In this document: positions 53,284 through 62,804 of the stretch, piece after piece
How positions within the stretch are numbered: position 1 is the stretch's first letter
Layout of the letters: each line of letters opens with the position of its first letter
Source: Actinomycetota bacterium
GTDB lineage: Bacteria; Actinomycetota; UBA4738; HRBIN12
DNA length: 62,804 nt
Assembly: GCA_036007245.1 (NCBI GenBank)
Contig: DASYOY010000118.1
Coordinates: 1-62,804 of the forward strand
Direction of reading: 5' to 3'
Translations under genes and position numbers: made by a program
Notes under the pieces: model-generated
Told to the model about the DNA's origin: nothing
The model's database searches: none
What the model saw: only the letters and a program-made list of their open reading frames with translations

Positions 53284-55224
53284 TCAGTCGCGCAGGTGCT
53301 TGTCCAGGAACTCGAGGATCAACTCGAAGCGTTGCACCCGGTGCGTCGGGCTGCCCGACCGCGTGAGCTCATGGCTCTCGGCCGGGAACCGCACGAACTC
53401 GACCTCGCGGCCGAGCGCCCGCAGCATCGTGAACAACTGCTCGCCCTGGTTGATCGGGCAGCGCAGGTCCTCCTCGGAGTGCAGGATCAGCAACGGCGTC
53501 GTGATCTGGGCCGCGTACGTCAGCGGTGAGATCGCGCGGTACACCTCCGGCGCATCCCACGGGTACGCGCCGATGTATCCCTTGAAGAACCCGCCGATGT
53601 CGCTCGAGCCGTCCTCGGACGCGATGTCGTTCACCGCGCGCTCCGAGATCGCGCAGCGGAACCGGTCGGTGTGCCCGACGATCCACGACGTCATGTAGCC
53701 GCCGTAGGACCCGCCCATCACCGCCATCCGCTCCGCGTCGATGAACCCGAAGCGCTTGATCGCTTCGTCCGTGACGGCCATCAGGTCGTCGTAGTCGACC
53801 GATCCCCAGCCCGGCCCCGCGTTGCCGACCGGTCCTCGGATCGCACGACCCCAGTCCTCGGAGTAGCCGGAGGAGCCGCGCGGGTTCGCGTACAGCACCA
53901 CGTACCCGGCGCCCGCGTACACCTGGAACTCGTCAAAGAACCGCTCGCCGTACTGGGTGAACGGACCGCCGTGGATCGACAGCACCGCCGGGTAGGTCTC
54001 GTTCGGGTCGAAGCCGGGCGGTCGCACGATCCACGCGGGCACCTCGGTACCGTCGGGCGAGACGGCGGTGAACGCCTCCGGCTCGCCGAGCGGGACCTCG
54101 TCGCTGAACGCGGCGCCGACGTCGGTCAGCCGGCGCTCACCGACCCGAACCTCGGCCAGCATCGTCGGCGTGGTCTCGCCGTGCACCAGCGTCCCGCCGA
54201 CCAGGTCGAATCCGGTCAGGCCCGCGACATCGGCGATCAGCGCCGGGGCGTCCGATCCGTCTGCGGGCACCGCGTAGATCGGAACCCGGCCCTCGTTCTC
54301 GATCGGGAACACGATCCGGTCGCCGTCCCAGATCGGCGCGCGCACCATCGGATACGGGGCGGCCGTCCGGTCGAGACCCTCGGTAAGGATGGTTCGATCG
54401 CCGGAGGCAACGTCGATCACCACCAGCCGCGCGTGCCGCGGCTCGTCGAACTCACCCGGGAAGAAGAGGTAGGCGATGCGGGCGCCGTTGGGCGACCACA
54501 CCGGGGCGAGGTGCCCGCCCTCGGTGCGCGTGATCCGGCGTGGCTCCCCGCCACCGGCCGGGACGGTAAAGACATCGTTGGCCGTTCCGCGGTCCCAGTC
54601 CGGATGCCGCGCCGACGTGAAGGCGATCGTCGTGGAGTCGGGCGACCACGCGGGCCACTCGTCCTCGAAGTCACCGTCGGTGAGCTGCACCGGGTCGGGT
54701 CCATCGAGACCGACCACGTACACGTGGTGTGCGCGTCCCTCGGTCCAACCCTCGTGATCGAGCCTGTTCTGCAGCCGAGTCAGCCGCCGTGGGGGACGCT
54801 TCGACGCGTCCGCCTCGTCGTCGTTGGGGTCGTGCGTGCGGGACGTGAACGCGATCCGCGAGCCGTCGGGGGACCAGACCGGCGACTCGACCGCCTCCTT
54901 CAGGTGCGTCAGCTGGCGGGATTCGCCGGGACCGTCGGCCGGCAGGACGAAGAGTTGCGCGTGATCGTCGCCGCGAGCCGACGTGAACGCGAGCCACCGG
55001 CCGTCGGGCGACCATCGGGGATCCGCATCGCGCTTGGCGCCGGCGGTCAACTGTCGCGGCTCCGCGCTCCCGTCGACCGGTACCGACCACACCGCGCTCC
55101 TCGGCTCGTGTGCGTCCTGGTCGACCCACGCGCGGACGAATGCCACGGCGCGCGCATCGGGCGACAGTCGCGTATCCCCTACGTTGGTCAGCCGGTAGAC
55201 GTCGTCGGGTTGCATGCCGCGCAC
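53284..55224 (-). CDS. S9 family serine peptidase (acylaminoacyl-peptidase-like; beta-propeller + alpha/beta hydrolase)
   Basis: Repeated P.WSPDG..IAF propeller motifs, the nucleophile MGGSYGGYM, and a C-terminal LILHSEEDLRCP...ESHEL. GTG 55224 lies 6 nt after GGAGAGGAG. The track start at 55272 and ATG 55215 are alternatives. Confidence 0.88.
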   Translation of the reverse strand: MRGMQPDDVYRLTNVGDTRLSPDARAVAFVRAWVDQDAHEPRSAVWSVPVDGSAEPRQLTAGAKRDADPRWSPDGRWLAFTSARGDDHAQLFVLPADGPGESRQLTHLKEAVESPVWSPDGSRIAFTSRTHDPNDDEADASKRPPRRLTRLQNRLDHEGWTEGRAHHVYVVGLDGPDPVQLTDGDFEDEWPAWSPDSTTIAFTSARHPDWDRGTANDVFTVPAGGGEPRRITRTEGGHLAPVWSPNGARIAYLFFPGEFDEPRHARLVVIDVASGDRTILTEGLDRTAAPYPMVRAPIWDGDRIVFPIENEGRVPIYAVPADGSDAPALIADVAGLTGFDLVGGTLVHGETTPTMLAEVRVGERRLTDVGAAFSDEVPLGEPEAFTAVSPDGTEVPAWIVRPPGFDPNETYPAVLSIHGGPFTQYGERFFDEFQVYAGAGYVVLYANPRGSSGYSEDWGRAIRGPVGNAGPGWGSVDYDDLMAVTDEAIKRFGFIDAERMAVMGGSYGGYMTSWIVGHTDRFRCAISERAVNDIASEDGSSDIGGFFKGYIGAYPWDAPEVYRAISPLTYAAQITTPLLILHSEEDLRCPINQGEQLFTMLRALGREVEFVRFPAESHELTRSGSPTHRVQRFELILEFLDKHLRD

Positions 55225-55293
55225 GGGTTGCTCCTCTCCCTGAAGCGTTCGATCGATACTGCCACGGATCACGCACAGCGGGGAGGGCGCGCG

Positions 55294-57561
55294 CTAACCG
55301 ACCTTCGTGATGGGCGCGTACGACAGGAGCACGCGCTTCTCCCCCACCTCGCCGAACCGGATCGTGGCCTCGGCGTCGTCGCCGTAGCCGCTGGTGGCGA
55401 CCACGACGCCCTCACCCCAGCGTTCGTGTTGCACGGTGTCGCCCGCCACGATCGCGGGCACCTCACGCCTGGTCACACCGGGCACCGACGGCGGCGTCCA
55501 CCCCGACTGCACCTCGACCTCGCCCTTCCCCGGAAGACCGATCACCGAGTAGCCGGGACCGCCGCCGGCCGGGCGGCCTGTCCGCGCGTAGCGCGAGGTC
55601 CGCTGCACCCGCGTCTCCGACTCGCGCGCGCTGACGAGCGCCTCGGGGATCTCGCCGAGGAACCGCGACGGCGGGTTGTAGTTGGTCTGCCCGAACAACG
55701 TCCGGCTCCACGCGTGCGTCAGATACAGGCGCTGCTGCGCGCGCGTGATTCCGACGTAGGCGAGCCGCCGTTCCTCCTCGAGCTCGTTCGTGTCGGTCAT
55801 CGACCGGAAGTGCGGGAAGATCCCGTCCTCCATCCCGACGATGAACACCACGGGGAACTCGAGACCCTTCGCGATGTGCAGCGTCATCAGCGTGACGCTC
55901 GAGTCCTCTTCTTCGTAGTCGTCCTGCTCGCCGACGAGCGAGACGAGCTCGAGGAACTCCGCGAGCGTGGAATCAGGCTCGCGCGCGGCGGTCTCCATCG
56001 CGACGCCCGCGAGCTCCTGCAGGTTCTCGATGCGACCCTGCGCCTCGATCGTGCGCTCGGTCTCGAGCTCGAGCAGGTAGCCCGACTCCTGCCCGGCGAG
56101 CTCGATCATGCGCGCCGGGCCCGCTCCCTCGTCGTAGTGGGCCTGCAGGGCCGTCATCACCTGGTTGAACCCGGCGACCGCGCCCTTCGCTCGGTTGTTG
56201 AGCAACGTGTTCTCGTCGACGCGGCGGCACGCCTCCAGCACGTCGATGCCCTCCGTCGATGCGAACGATTCGATCGCGGCGACCGTCGCGTCGCCGATCC
56301 CGCGTTTCGGCATGTTCACGACGCGCCGGAACGAGACGACGTCCTGCGGATTCAGCAGCAGGCGGAGGTACCCCAGCACGTCCTTGATCTCCCGGCGTTG
56401 GTAGAACCGCACGCCGCCGAATACTCGGTAGGACGTGCCGACCCGCACGAACACGTCCTCGATCACGCGGGACATCGCGTTCGTCCGGTAGAAGACCGCG
56501 ACGTCGCGATTGCGGAACCCCTCCTCGTCGCGCAGACGCTCGATCTCGCTCGCGACGAACAGCGCCTCCTCGTGCTCGTCGTTGCCGCGGAACGTCGTGA
56601 CGAGCTCGCCGGGAGCCGCCTCGGTCCAGAGCTCCTTGGGCTTGCGCTGCGCGTTGTTCGCGATCACGGCGTTGGCGGCCTCGAGGATGTTGCCTGTCGA
56701 GCGGTAGTTCTGCGCCATCAGGAACACCTGGGCGTCCGGGTAGTCGCGCTCGAAGTCGAGCATGTTCTGGATCGTGGCGCCGCGCCAGGAGTAGACGCCC
56801 TGGTCGGCATCGCCGACGACGCACACGTTGCGATACCGGTTCGCGAGCTGGTTCACGAGTTCGTACTGCGCGCGGCTCGTGTCCTGATACTCGTCGACCA
56901 GCAAGTATCTGAAGCGCTCCTGGTAGTACCGGAGCACCTCCTCGTGATCCCGGAACAGGCGGACCGTCTCGCTGATCAGGTCGTCGAAGTCCAGCGCGCC
57001 GGCGGCGTGCTTGCGGGTCTCATACGCTTGATACACCTTCGCGACGATCTCCTCATAGAAGTTCGAGGCCATCCCGGCGAACTCGTCCGGCCCGAGGACG
57101 CGGTCCTTGGCGTGGCCGATCGCCGAGGCAAGCTGCTTGGGCGGGAACCGTTTCGGATCGATGTCCAAGTCACGGACGATCTGCGAGACCAGCCGCTCGG
57201 TGTCGCCGTCGTCGTAGATGGTGAAGCTCGACGGGATGTCCAGATGGGCGTGCTCTCGGCGGAGCAGCCGCGCGCACATCGAGTGGAAGGTCAGGATCCA
57301 CATCCCGCCGGCGGCACCGGTGCCCACCAGCCCTTCGACCCGGTCGCGCATCTCGCGGGCCGCCTTGTTGGTGAAGGTGATCGCGAGGATCTGGCCCGGC
57401 GCGACGTCGCGCTCCCGCACGAGGTACGCGATCCGATGCGTGAGGGCCCGCGTCTTGCCGCTGCCGGCACCCGCGACGATCAGCACCGGCCCTTCGGTAT
57501 GCAGGACGGCCTCGCGCTGGATGTCGTTCAGACCTTCGAGCAGGGGTGACGGGACGTCCAC
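55294..57561 (-). CDS. pcrA: ATP-dependent DNA helicase PcrA/UvrD
   Basis: LNDIQREAV, AGAGSGKTRAL, ILAITFTNKAA.EM, LLVDEYQDT, VGD.DQ.IY.WRGA, and a C-terminal Tudor-like GD.V.HERWGEGVV. GTG 57561 is supported by TACACT 6 nt upstream. Confidence 0.92.
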   Translation of the reverse strand: MDVPSPLLEGLNDIQREAVLHTEGPVLIVAGAGSGKTRALTHRIAYLVRERDVAPGQILAITFTNKAAREMRDRVEGLVGTGAAGGMWILTFHSMCARLLRREHAHLDIPSSFTIYDDGDTERLVSQIVRDLDIDPKRFPPKQLASAIGHAKDRVLGPDEFAGMASNFYEEIVAKVYQAYETRKHAAGALDFDDLISETVRLFRDHEEVLRYYQERFRYLLVDEYQDTSRAQYELVNQLANRYRNVCVVGDADQGVYSWRGATIQNMLDFERDYPDAQVFLMAQNYRSTGNILEAANAVIANNAQRKPKELWTEAAPGELVTTFRGNDEHEEALFVASEIERLRDEEGFRNRDVAVFYRTNAMSRVIEDVFVRVGTSYRVFGGVRFYQRREIKDVLGYLRLLLNPQDVVSFRRVVNMPKRGIGDATVAAIESFASTEGIDVLEACRRVDENTLLNNRAKGAVAGFNQVMTALQAHYDEGAGPARMIELAGQESGYLLELETERTIEAQGRIENLQELAGVAMETAAREPDSTLAEFLELVSLVGEQDDYEEEDSSVTLMTLHIAKGLEFPVVFIVGMEDGIFPHFRSMTDTNELEEERRLAYVGITRAQQRLYLTHAWSRTLFGQTNYNPPSRFLGEIPEALVSARESETRVQRTSRYARTGRPAGGGPGYSVIGLPGKGEVEVQSGWTPPSVPGVTRREVPAIVAGDTVQHERWGEGVVVATSGYGDDAEATIRFGEVGEKRVLLSYAPITKVG

Positions 57562-57567
57562 GTTCGC

Positions 57568-57573
57568 AGTGTA
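57568..57573 (-). promoter_or_regulatory. -10-like TACACT, leaderless-type (pcrA)
   Basis: The minus strand reads TACACT-gcgaac-GTG 57561 (6-nt spacer). Confidence 0.3.
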
Positions 57574-57651
57574 GGCGGGGCCGCGGACGCACCGGCCAGA
57601 TGGCGGATGAGCAGGGACTTCCGGTCGATGGTGGTCCGGCGGTCTCGCGGG

Positions 57652-57657
57652 TAGCGT
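57652..57657 (+). promoter_or_regulatory. -10-like TAGCGT, leaderless-type (sortase)
   Basis: TAGCGT-ggtccgg-ATG 57665 (7-nt spacer). Confidence 0.3.
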
Positions 57658-57664
57658 GGTCCGG

Positions 57665-58327
57665 ATGGCGAGCGTTCCCGCCGACGTCGGCACCTCGAAG
57701 AAGCGCTTCACGTGGCACACCGCGCTGCGCTGGTTCGGCGTGCTCTGCTTGATGGGCGCCGCCTACTTCGCCGGCTACGTCGCCTGGCTCCTGTGGGGAA
57801 CCGGCATCCAGACCCAGCAGGCGCAGAACTCGTTCCAGCCGACGGTGCAGCAGTGGGAGCAGCACCCGCAAGCGGTGCCACCGATCGGTACGGCGCCGCG
57901 GATCCTTCCGGGCGACGCCTACGCCGTGATCGTGATCCCGCGCATCGGTCTCGATATGGTCGTCGTGCAGGGAACGGACTACGAGGACCTGAAGAAGGGA
58001 CCGGGCCACTACGTCGACACCGCGAACCCGTGGGACGGCACCGGCCGGGTCGGCATCGCGGGGCACCGCACCACCTATCTGCACCCGTTCTTCAACCTGG
58101 ATCAGGTGCAGCCGGGCGACACGATCAGTCTGATCACGCGCTACGGCCGCTACGACTACGAGGTCACGGCCAACTTCGTGCTGCCGGAGGCGACCGCCGG
58201 CAAGGTCCTGACGCAGACCCCCGACCCGACGTTGGTGCTCACGACCTGCAACCCGAAGTACGCATCGAGCCAGCGCCTCATCGTGACGGCCAAGCTGGTG
58301 CACGCGCCGCCGGGCTCAGGCCAGTAG
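57665..58327 (+). CDS. class E sortase
   Basis: An N-terminal TM anchor, IAGHRTTY (catalytic His) and LVLTTCNP (TLxTC Cys). ATG 57665 is preferred over the track GTG 57656 because of the -10 spacing. Confidence 0.85.
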   Translation: MASVPADVGTSKKRFTWHTALRWFGVLCLMGAAYFAGYVAWLLWGTGIQTQQAQNSFQPTVQQWEQHPQAVPPIGTAPRILPGDAYAVIVIPRIGLDMVVVQGTDYEDLKKGPGHYVDTANPWDGTGRVGIAGHRTTYLHPFFNLDQVQPGDTISLITRYGRYDYEVTANFVLPEATAGKVLTQTPDPTLVLTTCNPKYASSQRLIVTAKLVHAPPGSGQ

Positions 58328-58330
58328 CAT
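58325..58330 (+). promoter_or_regulatory. -10-like TAGCAT, leaderless-type (MFS transporter)
   Basis: TAGCAT-ccggcgg-ATG 58338 (7-nt spacer). It overlaps the sortase stop codon. Confidence 0.3.
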
Positions 58331-58337
58331 CCGGCGG

Positions 58338-59963
58338 ATGGATCGCACGGACGCGACGACCGCCGCCGCGAAAGGCACCGGCATCGTGCTGCTCACGCTC
58401 GCCGCCGGGCAGTTCCTGATGACGCTCGACAGCTCGGTGATGAACGTGTCGATCGCCACCGTCGCCCAGGACGTCGGCACCACGGTCACCGGCATCCAGA
58501 CGGCGATCACGCTCTACACGCTCGTGATGGCGATGTTGATGATCCCCGGCGGGAAGGTCGGCTCGATCATCGGACGCAAGCGCGCGTTCGCGATCGGGTG
58601 CGTGATCTACGGGTGCGGCTCGTTCACGACGGCGATCGCGCAAACGCTCGGCGTCTTGATCTTCGGCTGGTCGTTCCTGGAGGGCGTCGGCGCCGCGCTG
58701 ATCATGCCGGCGATCGTCGCGCTCGTCGCCTCGAACTTCCGTACGGAAGAGCGACCGCGAGCTTACGGGCTCGTCGCCGCGGCCGGAGCGGTCGCGGTCG
58801 CGGTCGGCCCGCTGATCGGCGGCCTCGCCACCACGTACGCCTCGTGGCGGTGGGTGTTCGCCGGTGAAGTGCTCGTCGTGATCGTGATCCTGCTGCTCTC
58901 GCGCAAGATCGTGGACGCGCCGGTCGAACACCGGCCCCAGCTCGACGTCTTCGGGGCGGTGCTGTCGGCGCTCGGTCTGGGCCTCGCGGTCTTCGGCGTT
59001 CTTCGTTCGAGCGAATGGGGCCTGGTCCTGCCGAAGCCCGGCGGCCCATCGATCGGCGGCGTCTCCCCCACGATCGTGTTCATCACGACCGGCATCCTCG
59101 TCCTGTGGCTGTTCACCGAGTGGGAGCGCCGCCGCGAACGCCTGGGCAAGGAACCGCTCGTCCAGATGTCGATGCTGCAGATCCCGCAGCTCAAGGGCGG
59201 GCTCATCATGTTCTTCTTCCAGTTCTTGATCCAGGCGGGCGTCTTCTTCGTCATCCCGCTGTATCTCTCGGTCGCGCTCGGGCTGTCGGCTATCGACACC
59301 GGGCTCCGGATCATGCCGCTGTCCATCACGTTGCTGGCCGCCGCGGTTGGGATCCCGCGGTACTTCCCCGGGGCGTCGCCTCGGCTGGTCGTGCGGCTCG
59401 GCATCCTCGCGATGTTCGCCGGCATCGTGATCCTGCTGATGGCGATCGACATCGACGCCGGTCCGGAGATCGTCACGATGCCGCTGCTCCTGGTGGGCCT
59501 CGGGATCGGCGCCCTCGCGTCTCAGCTCGGCGCCGTAACCGTCTCGGCCGTGCCCGACGAGCAGAGCCCCGAGGTGGGCGGCCTGCAGAACACCGCCACC
59601 AACCTCGGCGCGTCGATCGGGGTCGCGCTCGCCGGCTCGTTCCTGATCGTGGTCCTGACGAGCTCGTTCCTCACGGGGATCCAGGGGAACGCGGCCGTTC
59701 CGAACGACGTCTCCGCGCAGGCGAGCGTCCAGCTGGCGAGTGGGATCCCGTTCGTGTCGGATGCGCAGTTGTCGCAGGGACTCGCCGATGCCGGCGTGAA
59801 CCCGGAGACGAGCCAGGCGATCGTCGACGAGAACTCCCAGGCTCGGCTCGATGGGTTGAAGGCGGCGCTGTCGATCCTCGCGGCGCTCTCGCTGTTGGGG
59901 TTGTTCGCGTCTCGCAGGATCCCCGCGAACCAGTTGCAAGCGCCGGCTGCCGCAGCGGCCTAG
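58338..59963 (+). CDS. MFS transporter, DHA2 (14-TMS) drug:H+ antiporter type
   Basis: 541 aa with LDSSVMNVSIATVAQD, GKVGSIIGRKR, and about 14 hydrophobic segments. Confidence 0.88.
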   Translation: MDRTDATTAAAKGTGIVLLTLAAGQFLMTLDSSVMNVSIATVAQDVGTTVTGIQTAITLYTLVMAMLMIPGGKVGSIIGRKRAFAIGCVIYGCGSFTTAIAQTLGVLIFGWSFLEGVGAALIMPAIVALVASNFRTEERPRAYGLVAAAGAVAVAVGPLIGGLATTYASWRWVFAGEVLVVIVILLLSRKIVDAPVEHRPQLDVFGAVLSALGLGLAVFGVLRSSEWGLVLPKPGGPSIGGVSPTIVFITTGILVLWLFTEWERRRERLGKEPLVQMSMLQIPQLKGGLIMFFFQFLIQAGVFFVIPLYLSVALGLSAIDTGLRIMPLSITLLAAAVGIPRYFPGASPRLVVRLGILAMFAGIVILLMAIDIDAGPEIVTMPLLLVGLGIGALASQLGAVTVSAVPDEQSPEVGGLQNTATNLGASIGVALAGSFLIVVLTSSFLTGIQGNAAVPNDVSAQASVQLASGIPFVSDAQLSQGLADAGVNPETSQAIVDENSQARLDGLKAALSILAALSLLGLFASRRIPANQLQAPAAAAA

Positions 59964-59970
59964 CGGAGGC

Positions 59971-61509
59971 TCACTCCCACTCGATCGTGCCCGGCGGCTT
60001 CGACGTGATGTCGTAGGCGACACGGTTCACGCCGGGCACCTCTCGCACGATCCGCGACGCGATCGTGTCGAGCACGTCGTCCGGCAGTCGTGCCCAGTCG
60101 GCCGTCATCGCGTCCTCGCTCGTGACCGCTCGCACGACGATCGGGTTCTCGTAGGTGCGGCCATCGCCCATGACGCCGACGCTCGCGACATCGGCGAGCA
60201 GCACGCAGAACGCCTGCCAGGTCTCGCGCTCGAGGCCCGCGCGCCGGATCTCCTCGCGCACGATGTGGTCGGCGCCGCGGACCTTCGCGAGGTTCGTCGC
60301 GTTGACCTCCCCGACGATCCGCACCGCGAGCCCGGGACCCGGGAACGGCTGACGCTGCGTGATCTCCTCCGGCAGGCCGAGCTCAGCGCCCACCGCCCGC
60401 ACCTCATCCTTGAACAGGTCGCGGAGCGGCTCGACCAGCTCGAGATCCATGTCCTCGGGCAGGCCGCCGACGTTGTGATGGCTCTTGATGTTGGCGGCGG
60501 TCTTCGACCCCGACTCGATCACGTCCGGATACAGGGTCCCCTGCACGAGGAAGCGTGCCCCGGCGTGGTCGCGCGCGACCTCCTCGAACACCCGGATGAA
60601 CTCCTCGCCGATCGCCTTGCGCTTGACCTCGGGGTCGGTGACGCCGGCGAGCTTCGCGAGGAACCGGTCCTCGGCCTTCACGTGCACGAGCGGCACATGG
60701 AAGTGCCGGGCGAACGTCTCCTCGACCTGGTCGGGCTCCCCTTCCCGGTTCAGCCCGTGATCGACGAAGACGCAGGTCAGCTGGTCGCCGACCGCCCGGT
60801 GGACGAGCAGTGCGGCCACGGCCGAGTCGACGCCGCCGCTCAGCGCGCACAGCACCTGGGCGTCGCCGACCTGCTCGCGGATCCGGTGGACCTGCTCGTC
60901 GACGATGTTGGTCGGCGTCCAGTCGGGCAGCAGCCCACAGCCGTCATAGAGGAACCGCTTCATCACCGCTTGGCCGTGCGATGTATGCGACACCTCGGGA
61001 TGGAACTGCACGGCGAACAGGCCGCGCTCGCGATCCTCCATCGCCGCGACGGGGATCCGGTCGGTGGTCGCGGTGACGCGGAAGCCCTCGGGCGCGCGCG
61101 TGACGGCGTCACCGTGGCTCATCCAGACGGTGTCCGTGGCCGGCAGATCCTGGAGCAGGGTGCCGGGCGCCTGGACATGGAGCTGGGTCCCGCCGTACTC
61201 ACGGTCGCCGGTCGCCGCGACCTCGCCCCCGAGGTCCTTGGCCATCAGCTGGTGGCCGTAGCAGATGCCGAGGACCGGGACGCCGAGCTCGAACAGGCCC
61301 GGATCAACCTGCGGCGAGCCCTCTTCGTAGACGCTGAGCGGACCGCCGGACAGGATGATGCCCGCCGGGCGCTTCGCAGCGAGCTCGGCCGCGCTCAGGT
61401 CGTGCGCGACGATCTCGGAATAGACGTGCGCCTCCCGGACCCGCCGCGCGATCAGCTGGGCGTACTGCGCCCCGAGATCGACGACGAGGACGGGCCGGGG
61501 TTCGGTCAT
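59971..61509 (-). CDS. guaA: GMP synthase (glutamine-hydrolysing)
   Basis: GATase ICYGHQL..FHPE, ATP-PPase SGGVDS, and a C-terminal KPPGTIEWE. Confidence 0.95.
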   Translation of the reverse strand: MTEPRPVLVVDLGAQYAQLIARRVREAHVYSEIVAHDLSAAELAAKRPAGIILSGGPLSVYEEGSPQVDPGLFELGVPVLGICYGHQLMAKDLGGEVAATGDREYGGTQLHVQAPGTLLQDLPATDTVWMSHGDAVTRAPEGFRVTATTDRIPVAAMEDRERGLFAVQFHPEVSHTSHGQAVMKRFLYDGCGLLPDWTPTNIVDEQVHRIREQVGDAQVLCALSGGVDSAVAALLVHRAVGDQLTCVFVDHGLNREGEPDQVEETFARHFHVPLVHVKAEDRFLAKLAGVTDPEVKRKAIGEEFIRVFEEVARDHAGARFLVQGTLYPDVIESGSKTAANIKSHHNVGGLPEDMDLELVEPLRDLFKDEVRAVGAELGLPEEITQRQPFPGPGLAVRIVGEVNATNLAKVRGADHIVREEIRRAGLERETWQAFCVLLADVASVGVMGDGRTYENPIVVRAVTSEDAMTADWARLPDDVLDTIASRIVREVPGVNRVAYDITSKPPGTIEWE

Positions 61510-61516
61510 GGCCTCC

Positions 61517-62677
61517 CTAGTGGCCCATCCCGACGCGCTGCTGCGTCTGGTAGGTCTTGCCCTCGGTCTTGATCGACGGCGCGATCACGAGCTCCGCCTT
61601 CTGGAACTCCTTGATCGTCTCGTAGCCGGTCGTCGCCATCGACGTCGCGAGCGCCCCGAACAGGTTGAACGTGCCGTCGTTCTCGTGGGCAGGCCCGGTC
61701 AGGATCTCCTCGATCGAGGCGACCTGCTGAGTCTTGACGCGCGCGCCGCGCGGGAGGGTCGGGTGGAACGTCGCCATCCCCCAGTGGTAGCCGCGGCCCG
61801 GCGCCTCGTAGGCGCGGGTCATCGGCGAGCCGATCATCACGGCGTCGGCGCCGCAGGCGATCGCCTTGGCGATGTCGCCGCCCGTGCGCATCCCGCCGTC
61901 GGCGATCACGTGGCAGTAGCGGCCGGTTTCGTGCATGTGCTCGCGCCGGGCGGCCGCCGCGTCGGCGATCGCCGTGGCCTGGGGCACCCCGACCCCGAGC
62001 ACGCCGCGGGTGGTGCAGGCGTTGCCCGGGCCGACCCCGACCAGCACGCCGACCGCGCCGGTCCGCATCAGGTGCAGCGCCGTCGAGTACGAGGCGCAGC
62101 CCCCCACGATCACTGGGATGTCGAACGCCGGGATGAACTCCTTCAGGTTGAGGGGCTCGGCCTTGGACGAGACGTGCTCGCCGGAGACCACCGTCCCCTG
62201 GATCACCAGGATGTCGAGCCCGGCCTCGAGGACCAGCGAGGCGTACCGTTCGACGCGGGCCGGGGTGAGGGATGCGCAGGAGACCACGCCGCTCTCCTTG
62301 ATCTCCTCGATCCGCTTGCCGATCAGCTCTTCTTTGATGGGCTCGGCGTAAAGCTCCTGCATCCGGCGGGTGGCCTTCTCGTCCGGGAGACCCGCGATCT
62401 CGTCGTAGACCGGGATCGGGTCCTCATACCGGGTCCACAGGCCCTCGAGGTTGAGGCAGGCGAGGCCGCCGACCCGGCCGATCTCGACCGCGGTGATCGG
62501 CGAGACGGCGGCGTCCATCGCGCTCGCCATCATCGGGAGCTTGAAGGTGTAGGCGTCGATCTCCCACTCGATGCTCACGTCCTCGGGGTCACGCGTCCGC
62601 CGCGAGGGGACGATCGCGACCTCGTCGAACCCATAGGCGCGCCGTGCCGTCTTCCCGATGCCGATCTCGAACTCCAT
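61517..62677 (-). CDS. guaB3: GuaB3 family IMP dehydrogenase-related protein
   Basis: 386 aa. It has an IMPDH-like TIM barrel ([27 protein letters not shown]) with no CBS pair and no IMPDH catalytic-loop Cys motif. It lies 7 nt upstream of guaA. Confidence 0.85.
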   Translation of the reverse strand: MEFEIGIGKTARRAYGFDEVAIVPSRRTRDPEDVSIEWEIDAYTFKLPMMASAMDAAVSPITAVEIGRVGGLACLNLEGLWTRYEDPIPVYDEIAGLPDEKATRRMQELYAEPIKEELIGKRIEEIKESGVVSCASLTPARVERYASLVLEAGLDILVIQGTVVSGEHVSSKAEPLNLKEFIPAFDIPVIVGGCASYSTALHLMRTGAVGVLVGVGPGNACTTRGVLGVGVPQATAIADAAAARREHMHETGRYCHVIADGGMRTGGDIAKAIACGADAVMIGSPMTRAYEAPGRGYHWGMATFHPTLPRGARVKTQQVASIEEILTGPAHENDGTFNLFGALATSMATTGYETIKEFQKAELVIAPSIKTEGKTYQTQQRVGMGH

Positions 62678-62725
62678 GCGGGGGTGCCTCCCTGGTCAGC
62701 CGGTGGACGATGTGGAGAACGCAGA

Positions 62726-62751
62726 ACGCCCACCCCGTTCGGGATGGGCGT
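62726..62751 (-). terminator. hairpin (10-bp stem, one mismatch, GAAC/GTTC loop) after an upstream minus-strand gene
   Basis: ACGCCCAcCCC-GTTC-GGGaTGGGCGT. On the minus strand it is followed by UUCUGCGUUCUCC. It lies 19 nt downstream of the TGA at 62772..62770 and 49 nt upstream of guaB3. Confidence 0.4.
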
Positions 62752-62769
62752 CCGGAAGCTGCATGCACT

Positions 62770-62804
62770 TCAGGGTAGCACCCGGAACGGCGACGTCAGG
62801 GTCC
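62770..62804 (-). CDS. 3' end of an unidentified gene (partial, 11 codons)
   Basis: The frame ..TLTSPFRVLP* has 9 of 10 G/C-ending codons. The alternative frame running through the hairpin has only about 69% G/C-ending codons. Too short to identify. Confidence 0.3.
   Translation of the reverse strand, partial: TLTSPFRVLP

Noticed and set aside
53671-57549. 1292-aa plus-strand ORF, the longest in the track
   Set aside because: It is antisense to the S9 peptidase and pcrA, both of which have unambiguous motifs. Its composition is dominated by R/G/D/V/H/P and no domain is recognisable.
62696-62804. Alternative minus-strand frame that reads through the hairpin and stops at 62698..62696, just before guaB3
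   Set aside because: Only about 69% of its codons end in G/C, versus 9 of 10 for the frame stopping at 62772..62770. With the latter frame the hairpin lies in a terminator-like position.

Overview
This is a 62.8-kb, strongly GC-rich chromosomal segment with almost every codon ending in G/C. All identifications come from hand translation and remembered family motifs; no searches or computations were run.

It looks like Actinomycetota core genome. The supporting signs are a GuaB3+GuaA pair, a class E sortase, an F420 reductase, an AccE-type epsilon subunit, and sucCD / PerM-like membrane protein / purNH synteny as I recall it from mycobacteria. Many genes also have a TAnnnT box 6-8 nt upstream of the start codon, which is the leaderless type.

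Gene content is dense (about 60 CDS) and mostly housekeeping:
- TCA cycle: sdhCDAB, two IDH-family paralogs, mdh, citrate synthase, sucCD.
- Acyl-CoA carboxylation and C3-C5 acyl-CoA metabolism: ccr, methylmalonyl-CoA epimerase, pccB+accE, accA, birA, hbd, and a split methylmalonyl-CoA mutase whose two subunits lie 24 kb apart.
- C1 and purine metabolism: folD, metF-like, purH, purN, guaA, guaB3.
- Other: a CopC/CopD copper cluster, envelope enzymes (M23 peptidase, lytic transglycosylase-like, sortase, GT2/GT4, RodZ-like), pcrA, a cyclase-STAND-TPR regulator, and MarR/XRE/ArsR-like regulators.

I saw no rRNA, tRNA, CRISPR array, transposase or integrase, and no multi-gene novel system that I can defend.

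The most unusual locus is an unlisted 55-codon Cys-rich ORF (35143..34976, minus strand):
- Its TGA is followed 12-13 nt later by a GGUC-capped hairpin.
- The same frame then stays open through a 30-codon His-rich stretch.
- That stretch ends exactly on the start codon of the next gene.
Together these make it a candidate selenocysteine or readthrough recoding site.

Other points worth a second look:
- A degenerate second IDH paralog, suggesting an IDH3-like heteromer.
- A frameshifted ester cyclase.
- An orphan single ELWxxDGT repeat.
- A MarR operator pair next to an SD-led 44-codon basic ORF upstream of folD-metF.
- A recurrent TAGGCT/TAGACT leaderless promoter architecture that fixes many start codons.
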